Positions 9,021-18,273 of a DNA stretch of 64,000 bases are shown one piece after another. Where the stretch lies: NCBI GenBank assembly GCA_937859895.1, contig CALMAV010000178.1:678-64677 (forward strand). Direction: 5' to 3'. Within the stretch, counting starts at the first letter, position 1; each line of letters opens with the position of its first letter. The notes below the pieces were generated by a model. It had not been told where the DNA came from. It did no database searches and worked only from the letters and a program-made list of their open reading frames with translations. Position numbers and translations under genes: made by a program. The DNA comes from an uncultured Bryobacterales bacterium. Its GTDB lineage: Bacteria > Acidobacteriota > Terriglobia > Bryobacterales > Bryobacteraceae.

Positions 9021-9784
9021 CTGAGCGTCTCAAGGTAAGCAAAGAGGTCATGCAGATTCGCATCCGTATAGCTCTTCAAAAGCTGCTCATGGGCGGCAAG
9101 AGGATCATGCACTTCCACCCGCACCGTATTGCGCTTCCACGTGTGCACCCAATTCGATTTGTCGCGAAGCGTAACGAGAAACTCATCGGCATACACTTGC
9201 TCACCGCTGAAGGTCTGGCCGGAAGAGTCTTTCACATTCAGCAAAGGCTGCAGGCCGGAAGGAAAAGCGATCCGGGTTTGCAAGTCGAACGGTTTGTATT
9301 TGGATGCGATATGCGCTAAGTCGCCGGTCGACGAGTGGCAGGAGAAGCAGTTCCCGTGGCCGTTGAAATAAGTTTGTCCAGCGGCTGCATCGCCGACCAG
9401 TAATTTCTCCACCGGGTACTCGGAGGGAATGCGCTGCGACACCGAGGCAGCGACTTTAGCCTGCGCATGAAGATATTGCGCGATGTTGCTGATCTGCGTA
9501 TCAGAAAGCTGAAAGGCCGGCATTCCCTTCTCCGGGCGACCCTTGTGAACCACCGGTCCGATCAGGTTGCCGTTCACGTCATGGCTTACCAATGACGACC
9601 GGATCAGGTCCGGGCCACTCGCTCCGCGCGCATCCCGACCATGGCAGAACCCACAAGTCTGTTGGAACTGCGCCTTACCGGCGCCAACGTTCGAAGAATC
9701 CACCTGTCGCGGGCTGACGTTGTCCAAATCCTGCGCCAGCAGCAAGACGGGAACAAAAAGAAAAATTACGAGGACTGTGCGCAT
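9017..9784 (-). CDS. Dihaem c-type cytochrome, probable electron acceptor of the PQQ dehydrogenase
   Basis: Two CxxCH motifs (CGFCHG and CFSCHS). The start is placed at MRTVLVIFLFVPVLLLAQD (signal peptide) rather than at the ORF-track start 9832. The stop overlaps the PQQ-DH start. Confidence 0.85.
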   Translation of the reverse strand: MRTVLVIFLFVPVLLLAQDLDNVSPRQVDSSNVGAGKAQFQQTCGFCHGRDARGASGPDLIRSSLVSHDVNGNLIGPVVHKGRPEKGMPAFQLSDTQISNIAQYLHAQAKVAASVSQRIPSEYPVEKLLVGDAAAGQTYFNGHGNCFSCHSSTGDLAHIASKYKPFDLQTRIAFPSGLQPLLNVKDSSGQTFSGEQVYADEFLVTLRDKSNWVHTWKRNTVRVEVHDPLAAHEQLLKSYTDANLHDLFAYLETLR

Positions 9785-10617
9785 AAAAAGCAGGATTCCG
9801 CAATCTCTTTGAGGATCAGCGACTGCTCCCACCGGTCACTTTCCTCCTTTCCGCGAAAAGAGCGCGCGTAATAGATGTCCTGGGCGAGTAACTCCGGCGT
9901 GAAACAGATGTCGTCCCCAGCGTCAGCGCTCTTCAGGAAGTTGCGGAAACACTCGGTCCACAGCCGCCGGAAATGCGCCACGTACGTTGGCTGATCAAGA
10001 GCATTGCGAAGAACGGCAACCTGAATGCACCCGGGACTTGCGATTCGGCCATGCAAGAAGCGCACTCGCTGTAGCACCGGTTCAATGAAATCGAATTTCT
10101 TATCAAAGCCGCCGTAGACCATTTCCTGGCCGGTGTACCAATGCGAGAAATCACCGTTGAAGCGCATATCAGGAAAGTGATGCACGAAGTTGACCGTGCG
10201 CCACATATCCTGGCAAATAGTCGCTCGATGCGTTTCGACATACAGCGGTATCTTCCAGCGACTGGAAGCTGCTAGGACACTTTCGATGAGTCGGAATGCC
10301 TCCCCGTCGTCTTCGAGTCCCCAACCTACGTGCAACGTGGCAGCCTCGAAGCCGTCTCCCGCAACCTGTTCGGCAAAGGTATCAGCGTCAGCCGGAGCGT
10401 TGACCCGGCCGCTTGCCGCGATTTGCAAATTAAGCGTACGGCAGACAGCCAGTTCAGCCGGGGTGGCCCGTTCGACGAACTGTACACCATCGAATCCCGA
10501 CGCGTGAATGGCTTCGACACAATGTTGAAACGTTCCCTGTGGACCCGCCGAATCGCCCGGCAGAGATTGGAGCGCTAATAAGTTCATCAGGCAGCGAAGC
10601 TGCGTCCCGCCGCTCAT
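9766..10617 (-). CDS. Sugar phosphate isomerase/epimerase (xylose-isomerase-like TIM barrel) family protein
   Basis: 283-aa ORF with a TIM-barrel-type pattern (GFDGVQF..., LHVGWG..., IPLYVETH..., GDFSHW). It overlaps the upstream PhyH gene by 4 nt. Confidence 0.7.
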   Translation of the reverse strand: MSGGTQLRCLMNLLALQSLPGDSAGPQGTFQHCVEAIHASGFDGVQFVERATPAELAVCRTLNLQIAASGRVNAPADADTFAEQVAGDGFEAATLHVGWGLEDDGEAFRLIESVLAASSRWKIPLYVETHRATICQDMWRTVNFVHHFPDMRFNGDFSHWYTGQEMVYGGFDKKFDFIEPVLQRVRFLHGRIASPGCIQVAVLRNALDQPTYVAHFRRLWTECFRNFLKSADAGDDICFTPELLAQDIYYARSFRGKEESDRWEQSLILKEIAESCFLCAQSS

Positions 10618-11471
10618 TGAACCGCGTTGGCATCCAGCGTGGCCAGCCGGAGCGCGCTCTCATCCTTCGACTCGTCCAACCAGGACTCGCTGTCGGCTTC
10701 GCTGAACCGCCGCATACCGGCGTCCAGAATGGCGGAATCTGGAACTTTGCTTAGAGGAGTATAGCGAGGGTGGTGCGCTTCTTTGTAAGGATTATTCCGT
10801 GCGGCGTTGTAGCAGCAGATCATCGCCCAACGCGGATTCTCAGAACGATTCTGGTCAGACCGGTGCAGCAAATTGGCGTGAAAGAAAAGAACATCGCCGG
10901 GCTGCATGTCCACATAGACCAGGTCCAGCCGTTTCTCTGCTTCGTGCACACGCTCCAAGTCCGCGCCGGCCTGATCGCCCGTGAGCACATGATCGATGCG
11001 GCCCATATGATGCGAACCACTCAGCACCTGCATGCAACCGTTCTCGCGCGTGGCTGGGTCAACGGCGATAAAGGCGCTGGTCAGGTCCGGGAACAGAACA
11101 CCATTCTGGTACCAATAGCCATAGTCCTGGTGCCAAGCCCAAGCGCCGCCCACTCTTGCGTCCTTCATGATCATCTTGGAGTGGTAATGATAGACCTCGC
11201 CGTCGAGGAGCATCTCGGCTGAGTTCACGATAGTCTCGCAACGCGCAAACATGCCATAGATGGTGTCGCCGGGATGGTTCCACAAGGACAGTCGAACGGT
11301 ACCGCCTTCGCCGTCGCCCTTGCCGAACGCATGCTGGTCTAGTTGTCTATCCTCTCTTGAAGCACGACGCAGGAGATCAATCTCCTCTGTACTGAACATG
11401 CCTCTTGCGACGACAAAGCCGTTGCGCTCGTAATCGTTTAAAACGTCTTCGCCAAGGGGGCCGGTTGCCAT
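10614..11471 (-). CDS. Phytanoyl-CoA dioxygenase (PhyH) family Fe(II)/2-oxoglutarate oxygenase
   Basis: WAWHQDYGYWYQNG (HxD iron-binding motif) and FFHANLLHRSDQNRS (distal His plus Arg), typical of PhyH-family enzymes. Confidence 0.8.
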   Translation of the reverse strand: MATGPLGEDVLNDYERNGFVVARGMFSTEEIDLLRRASREDRQLDQHAFGKGDGEGGTVRLSLWNHPGDTIYGMFARCETIVNSAEMLLDGEVYHYHSKMIMKDARVGGAWAWHQDYGYWYQNGVLFPDLTSAFIAVDPATRENGCMQVLSGSHHMGRIDHVLTGDQAGADLERVHEAEKRLDLVYVDMQPGDVLFFHANLLHRSDQNRSENPRWAMICCYNAARNNPYKEAHHPRYTPLSKVPDSAILDAGMRRFSEADSESWLDESKDESALRLATLDANAVQ

Positions 11472-11488
11472 AGATGTGTCTCCTCTTC

Positions 11489-12361
11489 TTAAGAACGAAT
11501 CCCGAGCGCATCCATCATGCTGCTACTGGATTGATATGCCTCGCGCACCCAATCCACAATCTTCGCGGGTTCGGGTGAGTATTCTAGTTCGATGCTGACG
11601 GTGCCAGCAAAATTAGCATCAGCGAGAGCTTTCAAATAAGGCGGGAAGTTCACAATTCCCCGGCCAGGAGGCAAATCGCCATGCACAACACCGTTGCAAT
11701 CAGAAAGGTGAACATGCGCAACGCGCCCGGCTAATTTCGCGATCTTCTCTGGCGGATCATGTGCCAACGCTAGGTGCGAGATGTCGACGTTGGCCTTCAC
11801 CTGAGGTTGCGCTACTTCATCCAGAAAGCGGTCCATCTTATCAATTGTGTTGACGATGGATAGCGGAAACGGCTCCAGTTCGAGAGCAATTTCGAGTCCG
11901 AGCTCGTTGGCATAGACGCCGAGTTCGCGAACGCCTTCTACGGCCCAACTCCATTGATCGGGCGGCGCAATTACTTCCCGGTTCCAGATGTATTCGCCGG
12001 CAACCAAGAGGAGATTCTTTGCTCGCAGCGCAAAGCAGAGATCAAGAAAACGCTTGGCGCGCTCGATGTGGAAGCGACGCACAGGTCCATTGAAATCGGC
12101 AATACCGAGAGCGCAGCAAACGGTTGAGATGACGGGCAACTGACAGGCGGAGCAGGTTTCATGAATAATCCGCAGCTCTTGCGGTGATATATCAAGTGGA
12201 TCAGCGAAGATATCGATGGAGTCGAAACCGAGATCTTTGGTGAGCTGAATACCCTGAGCGGTACTGATAGGGGTGCCGAGCCACGCCGAACTAATGAGCC
12301 CAAGCTTCATGGATTGTTCCCAGCTGGAGGAGATAGTATCATAGGGTTCCATTGACATCAT
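11489..12361 (-). CDS. Sugar phosphate isomerase/epimerase (xylose-isomerase-like TIM barrel) family protein
   Basis: MKLGLISSAW..., GFDSIDIF, LEIALELEPF, ANVDISHLALA, HVHLSDCNG are typical AP_endonuc_2 / TIM motifs. The true start may be the internal MKLGL near 12310. Confidence 0.8.
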   Translation of the reverse strand: MMSMEPYDTISSSWEQSMKLGLISSAWLGTPISTAQGIQLTKDLGFDSIDIFADPLDISPQELRIIHETCSACQLPVISTVCCALGIADFNGPVRRFHIERAKRFLDLCFALRAKNLLLVAGEYIWNREVIAPPDQWSWAVEGVRELGVYANELGLEIALELEPFPLSIVNTIDKMDRFLDEVAQPQVKANVDISHLALAHDPPEKIAKLAGRVAHVHLSDCNGVVHGDLPPGRGIVNFPPYLKALADANFAGTVSIELEYSPEPAKIVDWVREAYQSSSSMMDALGIRS

Positions 12362-12396
12362 GAACTTTTAATACAACGTTCATAAACGGAGGTTTC

Positions 12397-13524
12397 GTGG
12401 ATCTCGACCTAAACCTGAATCACCTCGCACCCAAGCCGCCGCGCCACGATTTCGGTATCGGCGCTGTAGGAGCGGGCTTCATCATGCGTGATATGCAATT
12501 GAAAGCGTATGCCGAGGCTGGGCTTAATGTGGTCGGGATAACCTCAAGGACTCCGGAGATCGCGCGCGAAGTGGCGGACCTGCGCGGAATTCCGAAGCTT
12601 TACCATACGCTACCGGAGATGTTGCGGGATCCTGACATTCAGATTCTCGATGTCGCGGTACCACCGCATTTGCAACTGGATATTGTTCGGCAAGCGCTGG
12701 ATCACGGTAAATATCTAAAAGGCATTTTGGCGCAAAAGCCGCTGGCGGTGAACTACGAAGAAGCAGCCGCCATTGTGGAGCTTTGCCAAGCCAGCGGGAT
12801 GACGTTGGCAGTGAACCAGAACATGCGGTATGACCAGTCCATTCGTGCGTTGAAGACGATTCTGGAGCGTGGCTATCTGGGAACTCCAGTATTGGCAACG
12901 ATTGAGATGCGCGCTGTTCCGCATTGGCAAGCCTGGTTGCGCGATTACCAGCGCCTGACCTTATTGAACGTAAGCGTTCACCACATTGACGCCTATCGCT
13001 ATTTGTTCGGGGAGCCAGAATCGATTTTTGTGAGCGCGCGGAAAGATCCGCGTACCAACTTCCCTCACGAAGACGGCATCTGCCTGTACATCCTGGAATA
13101 CGAAAATAGCATGCGGGCAAGCGCCTGGGATGATGTCTGGACGGGACCGCGTAACGGGCAGGATGACCTGAAGCCGTTTATCAAATGGCGGGTAGAAGGA
13201 ACCGAAGGACTGGCCGAAGGCACCATTGGGTGGCCGGAGTATCCGAATCGTACGCCCAGCACATTGACGTTTACGACCACCTTGAAGCCCAATATGTGGT
13301 TCACGCCGCGCTGGAGCGAAGTGTGGTTTCCGGATGCGTTCCAAGGACCGATGGCGGAGCTGATGGGGGCGATTGCAACGAACTCGCAACCGGCTACAAA
13401 CGGCGTTGACAACCTGAAGACCATGGCAATCATCGAAGCCGGCTACCAATCGATAAAGGAGCGCAGGTCAATTGCGGTCGCGCCCGTCCGTCAACAAGAC
13501 TTCGCGGGTTTGATGCACCAATAG
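12397..13524 (+). CDS. Gfo/Idh/MocA family NAD(P)-dependent oxidoreductase
   Basis: N-terminal Rossmann segment FGIGAVGAGFIMRDMQLKAYAE...VVGITSR and the family motif ILAQKPLAVNYEEAAAIVE (E-K-P). Confidence 0.9.
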   Translation: MDLDLNLNHLAPKPPRHDFGIGAVGAGFIMRDMQLKAYAEAGLNVVGITSRTPEIAREVADLRGIPKLYHTLPEMLRDPDIQILDVAVPPHLQLDIVRQALDHGKYLKGILAQKPLAVNYEEAAAIVELCQASGMTLAVNQNMRYDQSIRALKTILERGYLGTPVLATIEMRAVPHWQAWLRDYQRLTLLNVSVHHIDAYRYLFGEPESIFVSARKDPRTNFPHEDGICLYILEYENSMRASAWDDVWTGPRNGQDDLKPFIKWRVEGTEGLAEGTIGWPEYPNRTPSTLTFTTTLKPNMWFTPRWSEVWFPDAFQGPMAELMGAIATNSQPATNGVDNLKTMAIIEAGYQSIKERRSIAVAPVRQQDFAGLMHQ

Positions 13525-13525
13525 G

Positions 13526-14593
13526 ATGCCGCGCCGTTCTTCTTCCTCCCCGACTATGAAAGACATCGCTCGGCATGCGAACGTCTCGATGGGTACGGTT
13601 TCCCGCGTGCTCAACCGCCACCAAGACGTCGACGACGGATTGCGGGAACGCGTAGAAGCAGTGGCCCTGAAGGTCGGCTACCGTTTGAGCGCCCGGACAC
13701 GCAGCGTTGTCTATGACAAGTCTCGAATTATCGGCCTGATTCTGCTGAATGACTTCGGCCTCAGCTCAGCGCAATCGCTATTGCTGCTGGGAGTCGAAGA
13801 GTACTGTTCAAATGCGGGCTATTACCTGCTGTTTGCCCGGCATCAATATCCGGAGACCGCAACGGCCGCCACCTTGGAAATTCCAAACGTAGTGCAGACG
13901 CCCGGCCTCGCGGACTGCGTCATCGTCGCTGGCACAATCCACCAGAACATTCTCAAAGCCCTGGAGAAGCATGGCCTGCAGTATGTCTTTTTGGGCAACA
14001 ATCTAATGGATGCGGGCGCAAGCGTGTCCGGCGTCAACCTGGTTGAATACGACGACACAACAGGGTGTTACCAGGCTACTCAATACCTGGCGCAATTGGG
14101 GCACAAACACATCTGGTATCTGGGCGATGCCTCACGCCCTTGGCACAGGAACCGCTTCAAAGGCTACTCGGAAGCGATCGCCGAGTTAGAGCTGGAGCAT
14201 CATTCGCATACCATCTCGCTCTCTGACGACGAGTTCGAAAGCGGGCAGGCGGCCGTTTCCTACATTCTGGAGCAGGACTGGCCCATGACCGCGGTTCTTG
14301 CGGCTTCCGACGGACTTGCGTTTGGCGCCCGTGAAGGTTTGCGGCAGCATCGGTTGGACGTGCCCAAGCATGTGAGCCTGATCGGCTTCGAGCACGAGAT
14401 GGGACGCGCGCGCGCTTCAAACCTGACGAGCGTCTCAGTAGATATGGCAGAAGTGGGACGGCAGCTTGCTAAGGCCGCAATCGCCCAGATTGAGGATCGC
14501 GAAAAAGGTACTCGCCCCATGGTTGTCCCCACATACTTGGTGAAACGCAGCACGTGCCGTCCGCTGCGCAAAGAGGAACACATGATGCTGTAG
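13526..14593 (+). CDS. LacI-family transcriptional regulator
   Basis: HTH MKDIARHANVSMGTVSRVLN followed by a periplasmic-binding-protein-like sugar-binding core. Confidence 0.9.
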   Translation: MPRRSSSSPTMKDIARHANVSMGTVSRVLNRHQDVDDGLRERVEAVALKVGYRLSARTRSVVYDKSRIIGLILLNDFGLSSAQSLLLLGVEEYCSNAGYYLLFARHQYPETATAATLEIPNVVQTPGLADCVIVAGTIHQNILKALEKHGLQYVFLGNNLMDAGASVSGVNLVEYDDTTGCYQATQYLAQLGHKHIWYLGDASRPWHRNRFKGYSEAIAELELEHHSHTISLSDDEFESGQAAVSYILEQDWPMTAVLAASDGLAFGAREGLRQHRLDVPKHVSLIGFEHEMGRARASNLTSVSVDMAEVGRQLAKAAIAQIEDREKGTRPMVVPTYLVKRSTCRPLRKEEHMML

Positions 14594-14636
14594 CGTAAGG
14601 CATACGCCTTGCGCGGCCATCCACATCACTAAAAAT

Positions 14637-15665
14637 ATGTTGTCTCTATACAGGAAATCTCTCCTGCTCTCCGCTACGCTGCTGGCGGTCGGCAGCTTGC
14701 TGCAAGCGGCTGGTGTCACTTATAGGGGTGGCAACGGCCCAGGCCGCGGCAAGAACATAGTGCTGGTGGCGGGCGACGATGCGGAGTACCACTCCGAAGA
14801 AGCGCTGCCGGCGCTCGCTAAGATCCTTGCTGTGCGGCACGGATTTACTTGTACCGTTCTCTTCTCCATCAATCCCGGCGACGGAACTATCGACCCACGC
14901 GCCAAGCACAACATACCGGGTTTGGAAGCTCTCAAGCAAGCAGACCTGCTCGTCCTGTTTATCCGCTGGCGCGATCTGCCTGATGAGCAGATGAAGTTTT
15001 TCATCGATTACTTCGAATCCGGGCGGCCAATTATCGCACTTCGTACCGGCACCCATCCGTTTGAGCTGAAGACCAGCCAGACGTATGCGCAGTGGTCCTG
15101 GGACAGTAAAGTTCCCGGGTGGGAAGGCGGCTTCGGGCGTAAGATTTTAGGCGAGACTTGGATAAATCATCACGGTAATCACGGCTCGCAGAGTACGCGC
15201 GCCTGGTTTGCGCCCGAAGCGAATCAAAGCCCGATTCTGCGCGGCGTAGAAGACGGAGAGATCTGGGGGCCCACCGATACCTACGAAGTGCGCCTTCCGA
15301 TGCTACCCAGCTGCCATCCGCTGCTATTGGGTCAGGTGCTTTCGTGGTTGAGTCCCGAAGGATCGCCGGTCACCGGGAAGAATGATCCCATGATGCCCAT
15401 CGCATGGACCAACACATTCACGACGGAGTCGGGCAAGACGGCGCGGGTGTTTACCTCCACCATCGGAGCGGCCGACGATATTGAGAACGAAGCCTTGCGG
15501 CGCATGATTACGAACGCGGCCTATTGGGCCGTGGGCCTAGAATCTGTCATTCGGCCCAAAGCAAACGTTGCTTTTGTGGGCAAGTACGATCCGCACTCTT
15601 TTCTCAACGAAATTTATACGGCCGGTCTTAAACCTTCTGATCTGGCGATGACGGCCCCGCAGTAA
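14637..15665 (+). CDS. Secreted ThuA-like (class-I glutamine-amidotransferase-like fold) protein
   Basis: Signal peptide, then NIVLVAGDDAEYHSEEALPALAKIL...ADLLVLFIRWRDLPDEQMKFFIDYFESGRPIIALRTGTH. This is the pattern I associate with ThuA / trehalose-utilisation domain proteins. Confidence 0.6.
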   Translation: MLSLYRKSLLLSATLLAVGSLLQAAGVTYRGGNGPGRGKNIVLVAGDDAEYHSEEALPALAKILAVRHGFTCTVLFSINPGDGTIDPRAKHNIPGLEALKQADLLVLFIRWRDLPDEQMKFFIDYFESGRPIIALRTGTHPFELKTSQTYAQWSWDSKVPGWEGGFGRKILGETWINHHGNHGSQSTRAWFAPEANQSPILRGVEDGEIWGPTDTYEVRLPMLPSCHPLLLGQVLSWLSPEGSPVTGKNDPMMPIAWTNTFTTESGKTARVFTSTIGAADDIENEALRRMITNAAYWAVGLESVIRPKANVAFVGKYDPHSFLNEIYTAGLKPSDLAMTAPQ

Positions 15666-15686
15666 CAGCTTACGGGAGACGGTTGA

Positions 15687-18179
15687 ATGGGGTTGTTTGG
15701 GACGGCAGGCTTGCCCTTAGACAGTCGCGTCTCTGAGGCGTTAGCGCGGAGGGCTTTTAGACATTTTATGGGCTCCCTCCTCAGTCCATCAAAGGCGCAG
15801 ACGATCCTGGTGACCGCCCTTCTGCTCTGCGCGTTGTCGCTGCAATGTTCGTGGGCACAGGAAGAGGCGATCGCGCCTGCCGTTGCCGCGCTCCAGCGCG
15901 GTGACTACCCATCTGCCGAGCAGATTCTGAAAGCCCGGCTGAGCGCGCAGCCTAAGGATGGGGAAGCGCTCGGCATTCTGGCGATTGTGCTGGACCAAGA
16001 GCAGAGATACGGCGAGGCGGACGTAATCTACCGACGAGCCCTAGGGAGTTCGCCACCTGATCCCGCTTTGCTCAATAACTTCGGCAATCATCTACTGGCT
16101 AGCGGCACGGCCGCGGAGGCGCGCAAGGTGTTTCTCCGAGTCATTGCACTCGAGGCCGAGAACGCCAATGCGCTGGTGCAGCTCGCGCGGATTTCTTTAG
16201 AAAGAAAGGCGCCGGGGGAAGCACTGGGTTATCTGAATCGTGTTCGAGCGGCCTTACAAGACCGCCCGGATGCCGTAATTCTGCGCATGCAGGCCAACTA
16301 TCAGTTAGGCCGGCGAAGGGAGGGAGACGCCATTCTGGCGAAGATTTCCGCAAGCGCTTTCTCCAACTTCCGGCAGAGCTTCGCACTGGGTGTAGCACTG
16401 GCGTCCGCCGGGCAGTACGAAAAGGCAGAAGGCTTCTTCTCAAAAACTCTGGAAGCCGACCCGGCAAATTTCGAAGCGGTTTATGATCTCGGGTTAGCGG
16501 CCTCACACGCCGGACATAATGAACGGGCGCGTAGTGCGCTCGAACAGGCGATTGCGCAGCAGCCGCAGAACGTGAACGTGCTTTACGATTTGGCAGCAGT
16601 GAATGTGGCGCTGGACCGGAAGGAAGCCGCGCTCGAATCGCTGGCAAAAGCGTCACGGCTGGCGCCACAGCGGACTGATGTATTGCAGTTGGAGGCGCGC
16701 ACGTCGGCGGCGCTCGGCTATTTCGCGGATGCTCGAAATGCCTGGGACGAATACTTGAAACTTGTGCCGGGCGACGATGTGGCACGCCGCGAGCGAGCGT
16801 TCGCGCAAACGGCGACAGGCGAAAAGATGGAGGAAGCCCTGGGCGCGTTGAACACGTTCGTTCGCAGGCATCCGGCTGATCCAGTCGGTCATTACGAACT
16901 CGGCACCGCCGAGGCAACGCCGCAGCCAAATGACGCGCTGCAGGAGTTGAACCGCGCTCTGCTGCTGAAACCCGATCTCACCGCGGCTCACGGAGCGCGC
17001 GGTCTCTTGCTCTACCAGCAGGGAAAGGCGGAAGCGGCGCTCGCGGATTTTCAGTTCGTCGCGCAAAAAGAGCCGAATAACGGTACTATCCTGGACAGAC
17101 TCGGTGAAACTTATCTGTCGCTGGATCGACCGGACGATGCGTTGCCCCTGCTAAGAAAAGCGGCGGAGCTTCTACCTTCAAATTCCACCGTGCTGCTGCG
17201 TTTGGGTCGTGCTTTGTCAAAGACCGGACAAGAACAAGAAGCCACGGCCGTTTTTGCGCGCTGCCGGGAATTGGGTCCGAACAGATCCGCCTCCCCACAT
17301 CCCGCAGGCTTGGTGGAGTTCCTAGGCCTCTCGCCCGAAGAACAAAACGCCCGATACCGGGCGGGTGTGGAGCATACAGTACAAAATCATCCAGACAACG
17401 CCGAGGCCCAGGTTCGCTATCTCGGCATTCTTTTGAAAGGCGGGGACACAGCGGCCGCTAGCCCGGTGGTTCGCACCTTGGGCACTCTGAAGCTTTCGAC
17501 GCCCTTGCTGACCCAGGCCGCAAGCACACTGCTCGATGCAAGCCAGTACTCATTAGCTAAGCAGCTTCTGGATCAAAACCGCGCCGCAGCCTCACCGGAA
17601 GTGTGCATTGATCGCGCCGTCGCTGAATTGCACGTGACGGGCGCTCAGGCCGGGCTAGACGCACTGAGCAGCATTCCCCTGTCACAGCAGAATGGCGACT
17701 ATTATCTTGCGCGCGCGCAGATGCTAGTTACGCAGGACCGGTCCGAGGACGCGGAGATCTCTATTCAGAAAGCAACGGCTCTGAATCCTACTCGTTCCGA
17801 CCTTTATCGCCAGGCAGCACTGTTTTGGGTTAAGAACCATCGCTTGTCCCAAGCACTCCAGTTACTGATCCAAGCGGCCCGGACGGTTCCGAACGATCCA
17901 GAACTCTCGCTCTTGCACGCCATAACGCTGGAACTGATTGGCAGCCATACCAACGCGGACAGCGAGTTTAAGCAGCTGGAGACTCGCTGGCCGGCATGGT
18001 ACAAGGTCTGGACCGGCAACGCGCTCGTGCTAGAAGCCCGGGGGAGACATGCCGAGGCTGAGACGATGAGGCAGGCCGCAAGCGCGCTCGGCGCGCCTTC
18101 GAACGTCGCCAATGTGGGACGCCAGGCGGGCTTTACCTCCGTAGACCTCGGTACTGCACTGCCAGTTTTATTCCCGTAA
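15687..18179 (+). CDS. Large TPR-repeat protein (830 aa) with an N-terminal signal/anchor
   Basis: More than 10 tandem TPR-type helical repeats (for example YPSAEQILKARLSAQPKDGEALGILAIVL; GEALGYLNRVRAALQDRPDA; NERARSALEQAIAQQPQNVNVLYDLA). Confidence 0.85.
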   Translation: MGLFGTAGLPLDSRVSEALARRAFRHFMGSLLSPSKAQTILVTALLLCALSLQCSWAQEEAIAPAVAALQRGDYPSAEQILKARLSAQPKDGEALGILAIVLDQEQRYGEADVIYRRALGSSPPDPALLNNFGNHLLASGTAAEARKVFLRVIALEAENANALVQLARISLERKAPGEALGYLNRVRAALQDRPDAVILRMQANYQLGRRREGDAILAKISASAFSNFRQSFALGVALASAGQYEKAEGFFSKTLEADPANFEAVYDLGLAASHAGHNERARSALEQAIAQQPQNVNVLYDLAAVNVALDRKEAALESLAKASRLAPQRTDVLQLEARTSAALGYFADARNAWDEYLKLVPGDDVARRERAFAQTATGEKMEEALGALNTFVRRHPADPVGHYELGTAEATPQPNDALQELNRALLLKPDLTAAHGARGLLLYQQGKAEAALADFQFVAQKEPNNGTILDRLGETYLSLDRPDDALPLLRKAAELLPSNSTVLLRLGRALSKTGQEQEATAVFARCRELGPNRSASPHPAGLVEFLGLSPEEQNARYRAGVEHTVQNHPDNAEAQVRYLGILLKGGDTAAASPVVRTLGTLKLSTPLLTQAASTLLDASQYSLAKQLLDQNRAAASPEVCIDRAVAELHVTGAQAGLDALSSIPLSQQNGDYYLARAQMLVTQDRSEDAEISIQKATALNPTRSDLYRQAALFWVKNHRLSQALQLLIQAARTVPNDPELSLLHAITLELIGSHTNADSEFKQLETRWPAWYKVWTGNALVLEARGRHAEAETMRQAASALGAPSNVANVGRQAGFTSVDLGTALPVLFP

Positions 18180-18273
18180 CACGCATTCATCTGCGGCCCT
18201 GATGAAAAGTTCTTGAAGGTTTCATCAACGTTTGATATCGTGTCCAGCAGTACCAACTTAGGAAGGTCATCTC

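Noticed and set aside
12360-12383. ATGAAC-N12-GTTCAT inverted repeat with an AACGTT core, considered as a LacI operator in the divergent promoter region
   Set aside because: The half-sites around the AACGTT core are not symmetric beyond 6 bp. The left arm also overlaps the possible start codon of the 11489..12361 ORF. This is too weak to call without a family-specific operator model.
16141-16929. Long antisense ORFs inside large GC-rich genes (for example 16141..16929, 16653..17066, 19255..19809, 45832..46440, 47102..47740, 12524..13120, 12961..13449)
   Set aside because: They lie entirely within well-supported genes on the opposite strand and have Arg/Pro/Ala-rich compositions typical of antisense frames in high-GC DNA. 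None shows a motif.
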